Positions 27,100 through 37,114 of a stretch of DNA of 64,000 bases are shown one piece after another. A program made the translations under genes and the position numbers. The DNA is taken from positions 800,001-864,000 of the forward strand of contig CAXXOU010000004.1 of assembly GCA_963677495.2 (NCBI GenBank). The letters are read 5' to 3'. Positions within the stretch are counted from its first letter, which is position 1. Each line of letters starts with the position of its first letter. The notes beneath the pieces are model-generated. The model saw only the letters and a list, made by a program, of their open reading frames with translations. It was not told the origin of the DNA and did no database searches. The stretch is from Candidatus Cloacimonadales bacterium (GTDB lineage: Bacteria > Cloacimonadota > Cloacimonadia > Cloacimonadales > JAFGVF01).

Positions 27100-28200
27100 A
27101 TGAAGATAAAGATTGCCCATATACAGTTATTACCAATAATGTCAGGAGTGCAGAAGATAAGTTATAGCATTTTTAAAGGACTTGATACTGATGAGTACGA
27201 TGTCCATTTAATATGTTCAGATGACCCTTATAAAAGAGAAGAATCATTGATAAACAAGGCGGAAGCTCTTGGAGTTAAAGTTCATGTTATAAAACATTTA
27301 AAGCGTGAGATTAGTTTGAAGGATATATCAGTTTTCAAACAGGTTAGAAAGATTTGCAAAGAAGAGAATTTTGATATAGTTCATACACATACAACAAAGA
27401 TGGGATTCATCGGACGCTTAGCTGCTAAATCAGCTGGGATTAAGAAAGTAATTCATACATTGCATGGCATAGCTTTTCATCCTTTTGAAAGTAAACCAAA
27501 GAGAGTTTTGTACTTCCTTTGTGAGGTATTATCATCCTTTTTCTGTGATAAGCATGTATTGGTAAACAGAGGGTATAGAAAAACATTCTGGTTTACTTTA
27601 AGAAACTTGATTACTATATATAACGGAATTAGCTTTGCTGATTTACAGGTTAAAGAAGTGTATGGTAATGAATTAAAACTGATTTTTATTGGGAGGCTAG
27701 ATTCTCAGAAGGATCCATTAACCTTGTTAAAAGCAATTAATCTTGTAAAGATTCAAGGTTATAGTATAGAAGCAAAACTGGTTGGAGATGGTGAACTGAT
27801 GAAGCAGTGTATGGAGTTTGTAAACAAAAAAGGCTTGAATGAGATGGTTGAACTTTGTGGTTGGAGAGACGATATTTCTAACTTACTAGCTGAATCAAAT
27901 GTGTTTTGTTCAAGCTCTTTATATGAAGCTTTACCACTCTCATTTCTTGAAGCAGGATATTCCGGATTAACTACTATCGGTACAGATATTATTGGAGTAA
28001 GAGAGGTTGTTGTAAAAGATACGACAGGTTATCTGTTTAATACAAAAGATTATGTTAAATTGTCTGAACTTCTGGTTAGGTTAATTGAGAAGCCGGAACT
28101 AATAGAAAATATGGGTAGAAATGCTCATAAGTTTGTTAAAGAGAACTTTCAAGAAGAACGAATGATTGAGGAATATCTTGAGTTATATAGAAATATTTAA
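27100..28200 (+). CDS. GT4-family glycosyltransferase
   Basis: DIVHTH, IGRLDSQK, EALPLSFLEA (EX7E). Confidence 0.92.
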   Translation: MKIKIAHIQLLPIMSGVQKISYSIFKGLDTDEYDVHLICSDDPYKREESLINKAEALGVKVHVIKHLKREISLKDISVFKQVRKICKEENFDIVHTHTTKMGFIGRLAAKSAGIKKVIHTLHGIAFHPFESKPKRVLYFLCEVLSSFFCDKHVLVNRGYRKTFWFTLRNLITIYNGISFADLQVKEVYGNELKLIFIGRLDSQKDPLTLLKAINLVKIQGYSIEAKLVGDGELMKQCMEFVNKKGLNEMVELCGWRDDISNLLAESNVFCSSSLYEALPLSFLEAGYSGLTTIGTDIIGVREVVVKDTTGYLFNTKDYVKLSELLVRLIEKPELIENMGRNAHKFVKENFQEERMIEEYLELYRNI

Positions 28201-29230
28201 ATTCTCTGCAGTTTTTATCGGTGTTTTTCTTGGCACTCTGATAATGTTACCTATAAGCAGAAAAACTGTAGCAATATTGGGAGTTGTAGATAATCCAGAA
28301 AAACGTAAAGTCCACAAAGTTCCAATACCAAGTGGGGGAGGAATTGCGTTCGGTATTCCGATCATCATAGCTCAATTTTTATTCTATATGATTTATCCAG
28401 ACTTTCAATATAAAAACCAAGTAGGTGCTTTGGCGGTATGTGGCCTTTGGGTGATGATACTTGGTATTATAGATGATAGATATAAAGTTAAAGCTTATAC
28501 AAAGCTGATATATCAAGCCATTTTGGCTATTTTCCTGTACTTCTCGGGTTTTAGAATTATGGAGATAACAAACCCGTTTGGTACTGAATTTCAATTAGGA
28601 CTTTTGTCTTTTCCTGTAACCGTTTTTTGGTATTTACTAATCATCAACTCAATAAATCTTATAGATGGAATTGATGGATTAGCAGCAGGTATTGGCAGTG
28701 TTGCATCAACAATATTATTTCTAGTAGGAGTTAAGTATAATAATATCTATGTCATGTATCTTTCTATGGTATTAATCGCCGGATCTACAGCATTCTTGAA
28801 AGACAATTTCTATCCGGCAAAAATGTTTATGGGTGACACCGGTAGCATGTTTATAGGGATGAACTTAGCATCAATAGCGACAATTGGAACTGGGCAGCTT
28901 AAAGGAATAACCGCGATAACTCTTATTATACCAATTACAGTTATGGGTGTACCTCTCTTAGATACATTCTTAGCTGTTTTCAGAAGATTGAAAGATAAGA
29001 GAAATATCTTCTCAGCAGATAAAGAACACTTTCATCATATACTGTTGAATCATGGGTTATCACACAAAGCTATTGCCTATATCTCCTATTTGTTTACTTT
29101 ACTCTTTGGATTGATTGCTCTTGGTTTTTCATTCTCTTCAAAGAAAATTATGCTATCAGTCATGGTACTACTATTGTTAATCATAATGGTAGTACTTTAT
29201 TCAACATTAAAAAGGGAGTCTGATAAATGA
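28166..29230 (+). CDS. WecA/TagO-type undecaprenyl-phosphate N-acetylhexosamine-1-phosphate transferase (MraY family)
   Basis: RKVHKVPIPSGGG, GIIDD, NSINLIDGIDGL, FMGDTGS, DKEHFHH. Confidence 0.92.
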   Translation: MRNILSYIEIFKFSAVFIGVFLGTLIMLPISRKTVAILGVVDNPEKRKVHKVPIPSGGGIAFGIPIIIAQFLFYMIYPDFQYKNQVGALAVCGLWVMILGIIDDRYKVKAYTKLIYQAILAIFLYFSGFRIMEITNPFGTEFQLGLLSFPVTVFWYLLIINSINLIDGIDGLAAGIGSVASTILFLVGVKYNNIYVMYLSMVLIAGSTAFLKDNFYPAKMFMGDTGSMFIGMNLASIATIGTGQLKGITAITLIIPITVMGVPLLDTFLAVFRRLKDKRNIFSADKEHFHHILLNHGLSHKAIAYISYLFTLLFGLIALGFSFSSKKIMLSVMVLLLLIIMVVLYSTLKRESDK

Positions 29231-31776
29231 AAAAGACTGCATTAATTATACAGATATTACTTATTCTAACAGCTAATTATGCAATGAGTAATACATGGAA
29301 ATCCTACACAAATACAACACATATACATGATTTTGATTTAATCAATAACAAACTGTATCTCGCTACATGGGGTGGACTTGAAGAATACAACATTGAAGGT
29401 AGTAACTTCACGAAAAGCAACATCCAACATAGCAAGAAATACAACAATATCAATGGGCTTGCAGGTAATGATCTTCGTACGGTAGTACATGATCCATTTG
29501 TTAACTCGATCTGGATGAGTGTCTACAATCAAGGAATCAATCTTTTACATGATACAGGAAAGATTACTCTTATCGACCAAGATCTTCTTGGTTTACCATC
29601 TAATAAAGTCTCAAAGGTAATTGTAGATACTTTGTTCTATGTTGCAACAGACAATGGACTCTGTACTTATGATAGCTTTGATAATATTCCTTTCCCTCTG
29701 TTAATGAGTACATATGATGACGAGTTGCTAAGCACTGAGATCAGGGATATGGAGTTAACTGTAAATGGTTACTTAGTAATTGCAACCTCGTTAGGTGTTA
29801 ATTATGTCCATAAAGATTCAATGGATTATTCAGCTGCATGGCACAATTGGACATTCGAAGGGAATCAGTTACCTGATAATGATGTGAGTAGTCTTGATGT
29901 TTATGGTGAAGGAGTAGTTATAGCTACTTTAAAAGGTTTGGTTCGTGTTACTGGTTTCCCTTCTAATCAAGAATTCTCAATTCTTTCTCAATTCGAAGAA
30001 CTTGAATCACCAGCCATTTCTGAAGTTTATATCGATTCTGAGAACAGAATATGGATTAGTTTTGGCAGTTGGAAAGAGGAATCCATGAGCTTTATCGAAA
30101 GCCAAGACTATTCAATAATGGTTCTTAACTCTGATGGGACAGTACTCGATACTTGGAAAACAAATGAAGAAGGTTTGTTATCCAGTGATATTACTGCTAT
30201 TAAAGAAATTGATAATAAGATATGTATTGCAACTTGGGGACAAGGTATCTTCATTCGTGAAGATGGATTCTGGCACCAGATTATTGAGGAGAGTATCGGT
30301 TTCAATTCAATAAAAAGCATCGAGACAGATAAAAATAACGTACTTTGGTTCTCCTCTGGAGTGTGGGCTGATTCTAAGACAAAAAAAGGCACTAGAGGTG
30401 TTAGCTCATTTGATGGAGAAACCTGGGTGACTTACAATGTAGATAACTCACCATTAAATAGTGATAATATTAACACTATAGCAGTAGATGCTCTAAACAG
30501 GAAGTGGTTTGGTGCTTGGGCTGCCGGAAGTAGCAATGAGTTTGGATGGCGAAGTGGAATCAGTATATTAGATGATTCAGGAGATGAGAAGATCTGGTAT
30601 CGATTAAATGGAAATGGGTTGAGTGTCTACGATGATGTTGATGGCCAATTTGTTACTCTTGATACTGATATCGGACTAGCCAGTTCAACAGTCCCATATA
30701 TATTGGTCGATAACGAAGACAATGTTATTGTTAGCTGCTTTGATAGTGGTATGTCTATCTATTCAATTGCTGATAACAGTAATAACTTAGAAAAAATTGA
30801 TGATGTACGAATAGAAAGTAATCCGGGTCAAAAGACAACCTATTCTGTTCAATCTGGAGATAAGTATTTCTTTGCTCTAAACAGGTCACTTGTTTCTGAT
30901 GGAGAAGTGTACTGTTGGGACAATTCAGGATTACCTCAATCTAATTCAGAATCTGACTGGTCCAATGTTCCTATCTCTGAACTCAGGGATTGTACAATGA
31001 ACTCTATCGTTTCTTTCGAAGATCCTTTCGGGAGAACTCAAACCTGGTTTGCAGCAAATACTGGTCTTTTTACTTACATAGATAGTAACCAATCTGATGA
31101 AGGCTGGTATAAATGGGGCACAAGTATCAAACGTGAAAAGTGGACTGGGTACACATGGACTCATCAGACCTATGACCTTTACTATATTGATGAAGAAAGA
31201 CTGTTTGGTGCGAATGAATCTGAAGCATTCTCACTCTATTATGATCCTTTTGGCATACTCTGGATAGGTTCTAATGGACAAGGTTTGTCATCGTTTGATC
31301 CATATACTGAACGTTTTACTAATTACTCTACTTCCAATACTAAAATGATTTCTGATGTGGTAGCAACTATAGGACATGATCCAGTGAGTGGTAGGTTACT
31401 TATCGGTACTCCTGAAGGTCTCAGTTCCTTTATCATCGGTGTCTCTGATAATAAGGAGAAAGACTTAAACTCTGTTATAGCCTATCCGAATCCCTATTAC
31501 CCTAATGAAAACCCTGAAGATGTAATTAGAATCGTTAATAGTGATACAAAAAGAATATCTGATGCTAATTCTTTAGCTTTCCCTGATGCAGCTGAAGAGT
31601 GCAGAATATACGACACTGGTGGTGACTTAGTTGTAGTTCTCCCTCTGAGTAATCAAAAGATTTTTACATGGGATGGAACTAATGAAATCGGTGAAGAATG
31701 TAGTTCCGGAATCTATTTCTATGTTGTCTCCGGTGATGGTGAAGGAACAAGAGGCAAAATTGCCTTAATCAGGTAA
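29227..31776 (+). CDS. PorZ-like beta-propeller protein with T9SS-type/FlgD-Ig C-terminal domain
   Basis: Signal peptide; repeated WxGT/ATxGG propeller blades; C-terminus AYPNPY...IYD..G.LV...WDGTN..G....SGIYFY...GKIALIR. Confidence 0.75.
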   Translation: MKKTALIIQILLILTANYAMSNTWKSYTNTTHIHDFDLINNKLYLATWGGLEEYNIEGSNFTKSNIQHSKKYNNINGLAGNDLRTVVHDPFVNSIWMSVYNQGINLLHDTGKITLIDQDLLGLPSNKVSKVIVDTLFYVATDNGLCTYDSFDNIPFPLLMSTYDDELLSTEIRDMELTVNGYLVIATSLGVNYVHKDSMDYSAAWHNWTFEGNQLPDNDVSSLDVYGEGVVIATLKGLVRVTGFPSNQEFSILSQFEELESPAISEVYIDSENRIWISFGSWKEESMSFIESQDYSIMVLNSDGTVLDTWKTNEEGLLSSDITAIKEIDNKICIATWGQGIFIREDGFWHQIIEESIGFNSIKSIETDKNNVLWFSSGVWADSKTKKGTRGVSSFDGETWVTYNVDNSPLNSDNINTIAVDALNRKWFGAWAAGSSNEFGWRSGISILDDSGDEKIWYRLNGNGLSVYDDVDGQFVTLDTDIGLASSTVPYILVDNEDNVIVSCFDSGMSIYSIADNSNNLEKIDDVRIESNPGQKTTYSVQSGDKYFFALNRSLVSDGEVYCWDNSGLPQSNSESDWSNVPISELRDCTMNSIVSFEDPFGRTQTWFAANTGLFTYIDSNQSDEGWYKWGTSIKREKWTGYTWTHQTYDLYYIDEERLFGANESEAFSLYYDPFGILWIGSNGQGLSSFDPYTERFTNYSTSNTKMISDVVATIGHDPVSGRLLIGTPEGLSSFIIGVSDNKEKDLNSVIAYPNPYYPNENPEDVIRIVNSDTKRISDANSLAFPDAAEECRIYDTGGDLVVVLPLSNQKIFTWDGTNEIGEECSSGIYFYVVSGDGEGTRGKIALIR

Positions 31777-32828
31777 TGGTAAATAATTACACTTTTGAAC
31801 CAAAAGCATATAAAACTGAAGTCGAATCTCTTCAGTTAGATAAACTTTACAATCTCCTTCTGAGTAAGAGGGAGATTGTTTTCATTATTGATTCGCTTAT
31901 CAAGGATAAATATCCTGATTTATTAAACTCTTTGAACTCAAAAATCACCTATATTTTTACTGCGAAAGAATCAAATAAGAATCTAAAGAACGTAGAGCAA
32001 ATATACGAATTCCTTACCAAAATCAATGTGAAAAGGTCTACTATTATTTGTGGGATAGGTGGAGGTATAACTACCGATATTACAGCTTTCGCAGCATCTA
32101 CTTTCAAGCGTGGTTGTCGTTTGTGGTTAATCCCTACAACAGTTATAGCTATGGTGGATGCGGCTATTGGTGGCAAAACTGCTGTAAATAATCTCAATGT
32201 AAAGAATGCAATAGGTACTTTCTATCCAGCTGAAAAGGTATTCTATTGCTCTGATTTTCTCAGAACTCTTCCATTAACAGAAGGTTTAAATGGTCTATAC
32301 GAGATACAAAAGATCTCGTTCATAAACCAATCATTCCATCTTGATAAGTCTGTTTTCTCACGAGGTATCACTCAAGATTTGATTCTTCAAGCTGCGGAAC
32401 TCAAGTTCGATATATGTCATCGGGACCTATATGATAAAGGTGAGAGGAGAAAACTAAATCTAGGGCACTCCTTTGCTCATCTTATAGAAGTCTTAACCGA
32501 ATACAAAGTCCCTCATGGACTTGCTGTTGGTATTGGGATGAGAATCGCTCTAAATCTTAGCCTCCGTTTGGGAATTATTGATACTAAGACCAATCTGAGA
32601 ATCGAATCACAATTAAATCAAATTCCTCTTACAGTATTTCTTGACTCCAATCTCATAGTAAAAATAAAGGAATTGGGAAAGGAAATACTCTTATCCGATA
32701 AAAAAGCTACAGATACTCTCAACTTAATCCTATTCAAAGGAGCTGAAGCAGAAGTTACAGTTTATCCTATTTCCTTTTCCGAATTGATAATAAATTCGAT
32801 AATAGAGGAAATAGAGAAGTTATGTTAA
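31776..32828 (+). CDS. aroB: 3-dehydroquinate synthase
   Basis: GGGITTD, PTT...VDAAIGGKTAVN, KNAIGTF, LNLGHSFAH, HGLAV. Confidence 0.85.
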   Translation: MVNNYTFEPKAYKTEVESLQLDKLYNLLLSKREIVFIIDSLIKDKYPDLLNSLNSKITYIFTAKESNKNLKNVEQIYEFLTKINVKRSTIICGIGGGITTDITAFAASTFKRGCRLWLIPTTVIAMVDAAIGGKTAVNNLNVKNAIGTFYPAEKVFYCSDFLRTLPLTEGLNGLYEIQKISFINQSFHLDKSVFSRGITQDLILQAAELKFDICHRDLYDKGERRKLNLGHSFAHLIEVLTEYKVPHGLAVGIGMRIALNLSLRLGIIDTKTNLRIESQLNQIPLTVFLDSNLIVKIKELGKEILLSDKKATDTLNLILFKGAEAEVTVYPISFSELIINSIIEEIEKLC

Positions 32829-34537
32829 AAAGATTCGTTTCTTATTACAAACCACATATCCACCTGTTTATTCTGGATATGACTGCTGCTATCCTGAGTT
32901 CTATCATGGGAGTCTTTTTCCCGATGATTACCAGGAATCTACTTAAGTATTACATCCCTGCAAAAGACTTAAAACTGATATCTACAGCTTTTATATTGAT
33001 GGCTGTTGCCTGGTCGTTCAGAGCAATCTTTAACTTCATTCGTGTCAAATGGGGGCATATTCTAGGTGTTAGAATGGAAGCTGATATGAGAAAACATATC
33101 TTCCAGCACTTGCAAAAACTCTCATTCACATATTACGATAATACTAAGACAGGTCATATAATGTCTCGCATTACAAATGACCTTAACATGATTGCTGAAG
33201 TTGCTCATCACGGTCCGGAAGATTTGATAATCTCTATATTCATGATTATCGGCTCATTCATCTTCATGTTTAGCTTCAATACTAAACTAGCATGGATCTC
33301 TTTGATACCTCTACCTATAATTCTTATATGGGGACTCACTCTCGGACGTAGAATGAAAGCAGGCTTCAGAGATGTTCGTGCTAAGATTGCAGATATGAAT
33401 AGTAGTGTAGAAAACTCAGTTGTTGGCATTAGAGAAGTTAAGTCATTTGCTAAAGAGGATCTGGAAATTGCTAAGTTTGGTGAAGTTAATAGACTCTTCA
33501 AGAAGGCTAAAGAACGTATGTACACATTAATGGCTACCTTCTTTACCGGTATGAACTTCCTAACTGACCTGTATTACGGTACTGTAGTTGCAGGAGGTAC
33601 TTATCTTATTCTCAATAACCAGTTAGATGCAGCTGACCTTCTTAGTTTCATTCTTTATATTAATTTTATTCTAGATCCAATTAAACGTCTAATCAACTTC
33701 ATTGAACAGTATCAACAAGGTACTACTGCTTTCGAGCGTTTTACCGAGATTATGGATATTGAACCCGACATTCAGGATGCACCGGATGCTGTTAAAGCAA
33801 AGGATATTTCAGGTAAGATTAAGTTCAATGATGTTACATTCAAATATGAGGGAACAAAGGACATAGTTCTTAAAAACATCGACCTGACTTTACCGGCCGG
33901 TAAAACAATCGCTATTGTAGGTGAGTCCGGTGCAGGTAAATCAACACTTGTTTCACTTATACCTAGATTCTATGAAGTGGAACATGGAACAATTACTTTA
34001 GATGATAAGAACATTACTGAGTTCAAACAACGCTCTCTTCGTGAGAAAATAGGCATTGTGCAGCAGAATGTGTTCCTCTTTGACACTACGATTAGAGAGA
34101 ATATTCTTTATGGTAATCCTGATGCTTCAGAGGCTGAACTAATAGATTGTGCTCAGAAAGCTAATATTTATGACTTCATTAAGAATCTTCCAGATGGTTT
34201 TGACACACTGGTAGGGGAGAGAGGAGTTAAACTTTCCGGTGGTCAAAAACAGAGAGTTTCAATAGCTAGAGCCTTTTTGAAGAACCCACCTGTACTGATT
34301 TTCGACGAAGCAACCTCATCCTTGGACACAGAATCTGAGTCTCTCATCCAAAAATCTATGGAAGAATTAGCTGTAAATCGTACAACTGTGATTATTGCAC
34401 ACAGATTATCTACGGTAAGAAATGCAGATTGGATCTATGTACTTAGGCATGGTGAGTTGATTGAAGAGGGAACACACGAAAATCTTTTAAGTCAGCATGG
34501 ATATTATAACACTCTGTATACTCGTAACTTATTATAA
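32822..34537 (+). CDS. ABC transporter, fused permease/ATP-binding (type IV exporter)
   Basis: TM domain, GESGAGKST, LSGGQKQR, LIFDEATSSLD, IAHRLST. Confidence 0.95.
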   Translation: MLKRFVSYYKPHIHLFILDMTAAILSSIMGVFFPMITRNLLKYYIPAKDLKLISTAFILMAVAWSFRAIFNFIRVKWGHILGVRMEADMRKHIFQHLQKLSFTYYDNTKTGHIMSRITNDLNMIAEVAHHGPEDLIISIFMIIGSFIFMFSFNTKLAWISLIPLPIILIWGLTLGRRMKAGFRDVRAKIADMNSSVENSVVGIREVKSFAKEDLEIAKFGEVNRLFKKAKERMYTLMATFFTGMNFLTDLYYGTVVAGGTYLILNNQLDAADLLSFILYINFILDPIKRLINFIEQYQQGTTAFERFTEIMDIEPDIQDAPDAVKAKDISGKIKFNDVTFKYEGTKDIVLKNIDLTLPAGKTIAIVGESGAGKSTLVSLIPRFYEVEHGTITLDDKNITEFKQRSLREKIGIVQQNVFLFDTTIRENILYGNPDASEAELIDCAQKANIYDFIKNLPDGFDTLVGERGVKLSGGQKQRVSIARAFLKNPPVLIFDEATSSLDTESESLIQKSMEELAVNRTTVIIAHRLSTVRNADWIYVLRHGELIEEGTHENLLSQHGYYNTLYTRNLL

Positions 34538-34629
34538 TGAGCGGGAAGCGAGTGTTAAAAAAGTTAAAATAAAATGTGTTTTATGCTTGACAGCATAACT
34601 CAGATATAGATGTTGGCTAAACATCACGT

Positions 34630-34708
<79 letters not shown>

Positions 34709-34732
34709 GATATAGAGTGAATTGTAAAAGAT

Positions 34733-34808
34733 GGGCGTTTAGCTCAGTTGGGAGAGCGCCTGCCTTACAAGCAGGTGGTCGGGGGTTCAAGTCCCTCAGC
34801 GCCCACCA
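34733..34808 (+). tRNA. tRNA-Val(TAC), copy 1
   Basis: GGGCGTT...AGCGCCC-A-CCA, CCTGC-CTTACAA-GCAGG anticodon arm, GGTTCAAGTCC. Confidence 0.97.
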
Positions 34809-34824
34809 TCTTTTATTCCTATAA

Positions 34825-34900
34825 GGGCGTTTAGCTCAGTTGGGAGAGCGCCTGCCTTACAAGCAGGTGGTCGGGGGTTCAAGTCCCTCAGCGCCCACCA
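34825..34900 (+). tRNA. tRNA-Val(TAC), copy 2 (identical)
   Basis: Same 76-nt sequence as 34733-34808. Confidence 0.97.
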
Positions 34901-34908
34901 TAAATTTT

Positions 34909-34939
34909 AAGGCTGTTACATTTCGTAACAGCCTTTCTT
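34909..34939 (+). terminator. Rho-independent terminator of the tRNA operon
   Basis: AAGGCTGTTAC-atttc-GTAACAGCCTT followed by a T-rich tail. Confidence 0.8.
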
Positions 34940-35024
34940 CATTTTATAAACTTTATATTATTAGTACTATGCTTGTGGTGTAATATAAAAGGGATTTGCC
35001 TTCGCAAATCCGGTAACCCCGTTT

Positions 35025-35296
35025 GTCATCCTGAACGGAATGAGGATACGAATGAAGCTGAAGGACCTCTCCGATAACTTTAGTCTCCCAACTAAAGAAA
35101 AGCTCTTTTCCGAAGGAAAACAGTGAAAAGATTTGCAGACTAAGCTCGAGTCCATACGACCATCGGGAGTTCGACTCCAAGCGAAATAACACCATTAAAT
35201 AAGTTTATATTGCCATTATCGCTTGGCGTCGTGTTCGTATCTCACATGGACGCGAGCTTAGAATTCATTCACTTCATTCACTACGCTCAGGGTGGC
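35025..35296. repeat. Family-R REP/MITE-like element, copy 2
   Basis: GTCATCCTGAACG...CGCTCAGGGTGGC ends and core ACCTCTCCGATAACTTTAGTCTCCC..CTAAAGAAAAGCTCTTTTCCGA. Confidence 0.8.
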
Positions 35297-35297
35297 A

Positions 35298-35800
35298 TAC
35301 ACAGTGCGATTTGCAACAACTTACGGCATTTCAGGGAGTTTGTCGGCCTGATAAGGCAACGGACTTCCTAAAATGCACTTCGAAGTGGCATATTCCTGAT
35401 TTCGTTCTCGCGTCACGCTATCGCTGCAACGCAAGTCCGAGGTTGTGTGACATGACAAACCGACACAGTCGGTTAAGTCCATATATGGACTGCATCAACT
35501 GTGTAGATGCAACTGCAAGATGACCCAGGAAGAAGTGATTCGCAAAGAAGTGGGAATCGCTAATTCCGGTACGCGATGTCTGATTTGTTCTCGCATCAAG
35601 CTATCGCTACAACGCAAGTCCGAGTTAATTCCTTCGAAGTACAACCATTCGCAAGGTCATTCGACCATTCCGAAGGTTTTCGGTAGTTGTCACCTGTCCG
35701 TGACTGTCCTTGTATGTCCTTGCAAGTCTGTGCTTGTGCCTATTGTGCAAGTCAATTCGTTCTCGCCCCACACTTCGTTGCGGCCTGTCGGGGCGTAGCT
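35298..35800. repeat. Mosaic of dispersed repeat modules
   Basis: TTTCAGGGAGTTTGTCGGCCTGATAAGGCAACGGACTTCCTAAAATGCACTTCGAAGT (also near 63570 and inverted near 44745); about 40-bp direct repeat at 35401 and 35584; TTCGTTCTCGCCCCACACTTCGTTGCGG (also near 63644). Confidence 0.8.
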
Positions 35801-35871
35801 TTCAAGCGAAGACTGATGCAAGTCCACAAAAACATTTGACAAACAATCCCACACAAATATAGATGGCTTAA

Positions 35872-35987
35872 TTCTGTTTTCGGGGCTGGGTGAAATTCCC
35901 GACCGGTGGTACAGTCCACGAGCCGAAAAGGTTGAATTGGTGAAATTCCAATACCGACAGTTAAAGTCTGGAGGAGAGAAAACAGTT
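35872..35987 (+). promoter_or_regulatory. FMN riboswitch (RFN element)
   Basis: TTCGGGGCTGGGTGAAATTCCCGACCGGTGGT..AGTCCACGAGCC...GGTGAAATTCC..TACCGACAGTTAAAGTCTGGAGGAGAGAA directly upstream of ribD. Confidence 0.96.
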
Positions 35988-36025
35988 CTTAACTCGTTCC
36001 AAGCCCCGGTGCGAGGTTTTTTATT

Positions 36026-37114
36026 ATGTGCAAAAAATTTATGAAACGTGCTCTGGAGCTTGCCGGCAAGTTCGAAGGGCAGACAAGTCCCAATCCGATG
36101 GTGGGGGCTGTCCTTGTGAAGGATGGTGTTATTATTGGGGAAGGGGCTCACGAAAAAGCAGGTCAACCACATGCTGAGGTTAATGCTATCAGAAATGCAA
36201 CCTGCTCCCCTAAAGGTTCTACACTTTACGTAACCCTGGAACCCTGTTCCCATTACGGGAAAACTCCCCCTTGTGCTGATTTAATCATAGAATCTGGTGT
36301 CACTGAAGTCTATATTGCAATGACTGATCCCAATCCACTTGTGAATGGCAGAGGGATTATGAAGATGCAGAAAGCAGAAATCACAGTTCATGTGGGTATG
36401 TGTGAAGAGGAAGCAAAACAGCTTAATGAACAGTTCATCTGTAATGTTACTAAGAAGCGTCCATTCGTTAGCTTGAAGTCCGCACTTAGTCTTGATGGCA
36501 AGATTGCAACTTCAACTATGGATTCGAAGTGGATTACTAATGAGTTATCTAGGACTGAAACACATAGGATTCGTAACATCCATGATGCAATCATAATTGG
36601 TAAGAATACTTTCCTAAGCGATAATCCATCAATGAATGTACGTTTTAATCAAAAAACTGGGCAAGAGCCTGATAAGATTGTTCTAGCCGACTCATTCTTG
36701 GGTGATAGAGAGTTTGTTGAAAATTGCAATGCTTACAAAACTCTCAATGGCAATAAACTCTATATTGCTTTTCCTGAAAGCTGTGGGGATGACAGTTCTG
36801 AGCTTGAAACTCTGGATTCAGTTGAGTTGATTAGGTTCAATTCTCTCGATAACTTAATGAAACAGCTATTCGACCTGGGTGTAATGAGTGTCATGCTTGA
36901 AGGAGGCTCAGGATTGTATAATAGCTTTATCAAAGCAAACTTAGTCGATAAGTACTATCTCTTCATTGCACCTCTGATTCTTGGAAACGAAGGTATTGGG
37001 TGGAGTGGAGATCATGGCATAAACAAAGTGGAACATGCGAAACGCTTGCAAAATACTACAATAAAACAATTTGAAGATGATACATTGCTAATCATCTATC
37101 CCGAGGAGAGCTAA
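36026..37114 (+). CDS. ribD: Riboflavin biosynthesis deaminase/reductase RibD
   Basis: PNPMVGA, HAE, TLEPCSHYGKTPPC, SLDGKIA, LEGG. Confidence 0.97.
   Translation: MCKKFMKRALELAGKFEGQTSPNPMVGAVLVKDGVIIGEGAHEKAGQPHAEVNAIRNATCSPKGSTLYVTLEPCSHYGKTPPCADLIIESGVTEVYIAMTDPNPLVNGRGIMKMQKAEITVHVGMCEEEAKQLNEQFICNVTKKRPFVSLKSALSLDGKIATSTMDSKWITNELSRTETHRIRNIHDAIIIGKNTFLSDNPSMNVRFNQKTGQEPDKIVLADSFLGDREFVENCNAYKTLNGNKLYIAFPESCGDDSSELETLDSVELIRFNSLDNLMKQLFDLGVMSVMLEGGSGLYNSFIKANLVDKYYLFIAPLILGNEGIGWSGDHGINKVEHAKRLQNTTIKQFEDDTLLIIYPEES

Noticed and set aside
31776..32828. Sugar-phosphate cyclase of a secondary-metabolite (aminocyclitol/mycosporine) cluster
   Set aside because: Motifs fit ordinary DHQS and no partner methyltransferase, kinase or ligase is adjacent
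34940..35830. Prophage or integrative element at tRNA-Val
   Set aside because: No integrase or phage genes and no partial tRNA 3' duplication; only repeat modules
35690..36253. 187-aa minus-strand ORF
   Set aside because: Antisense shadow of the FMN riboswitch and ribD
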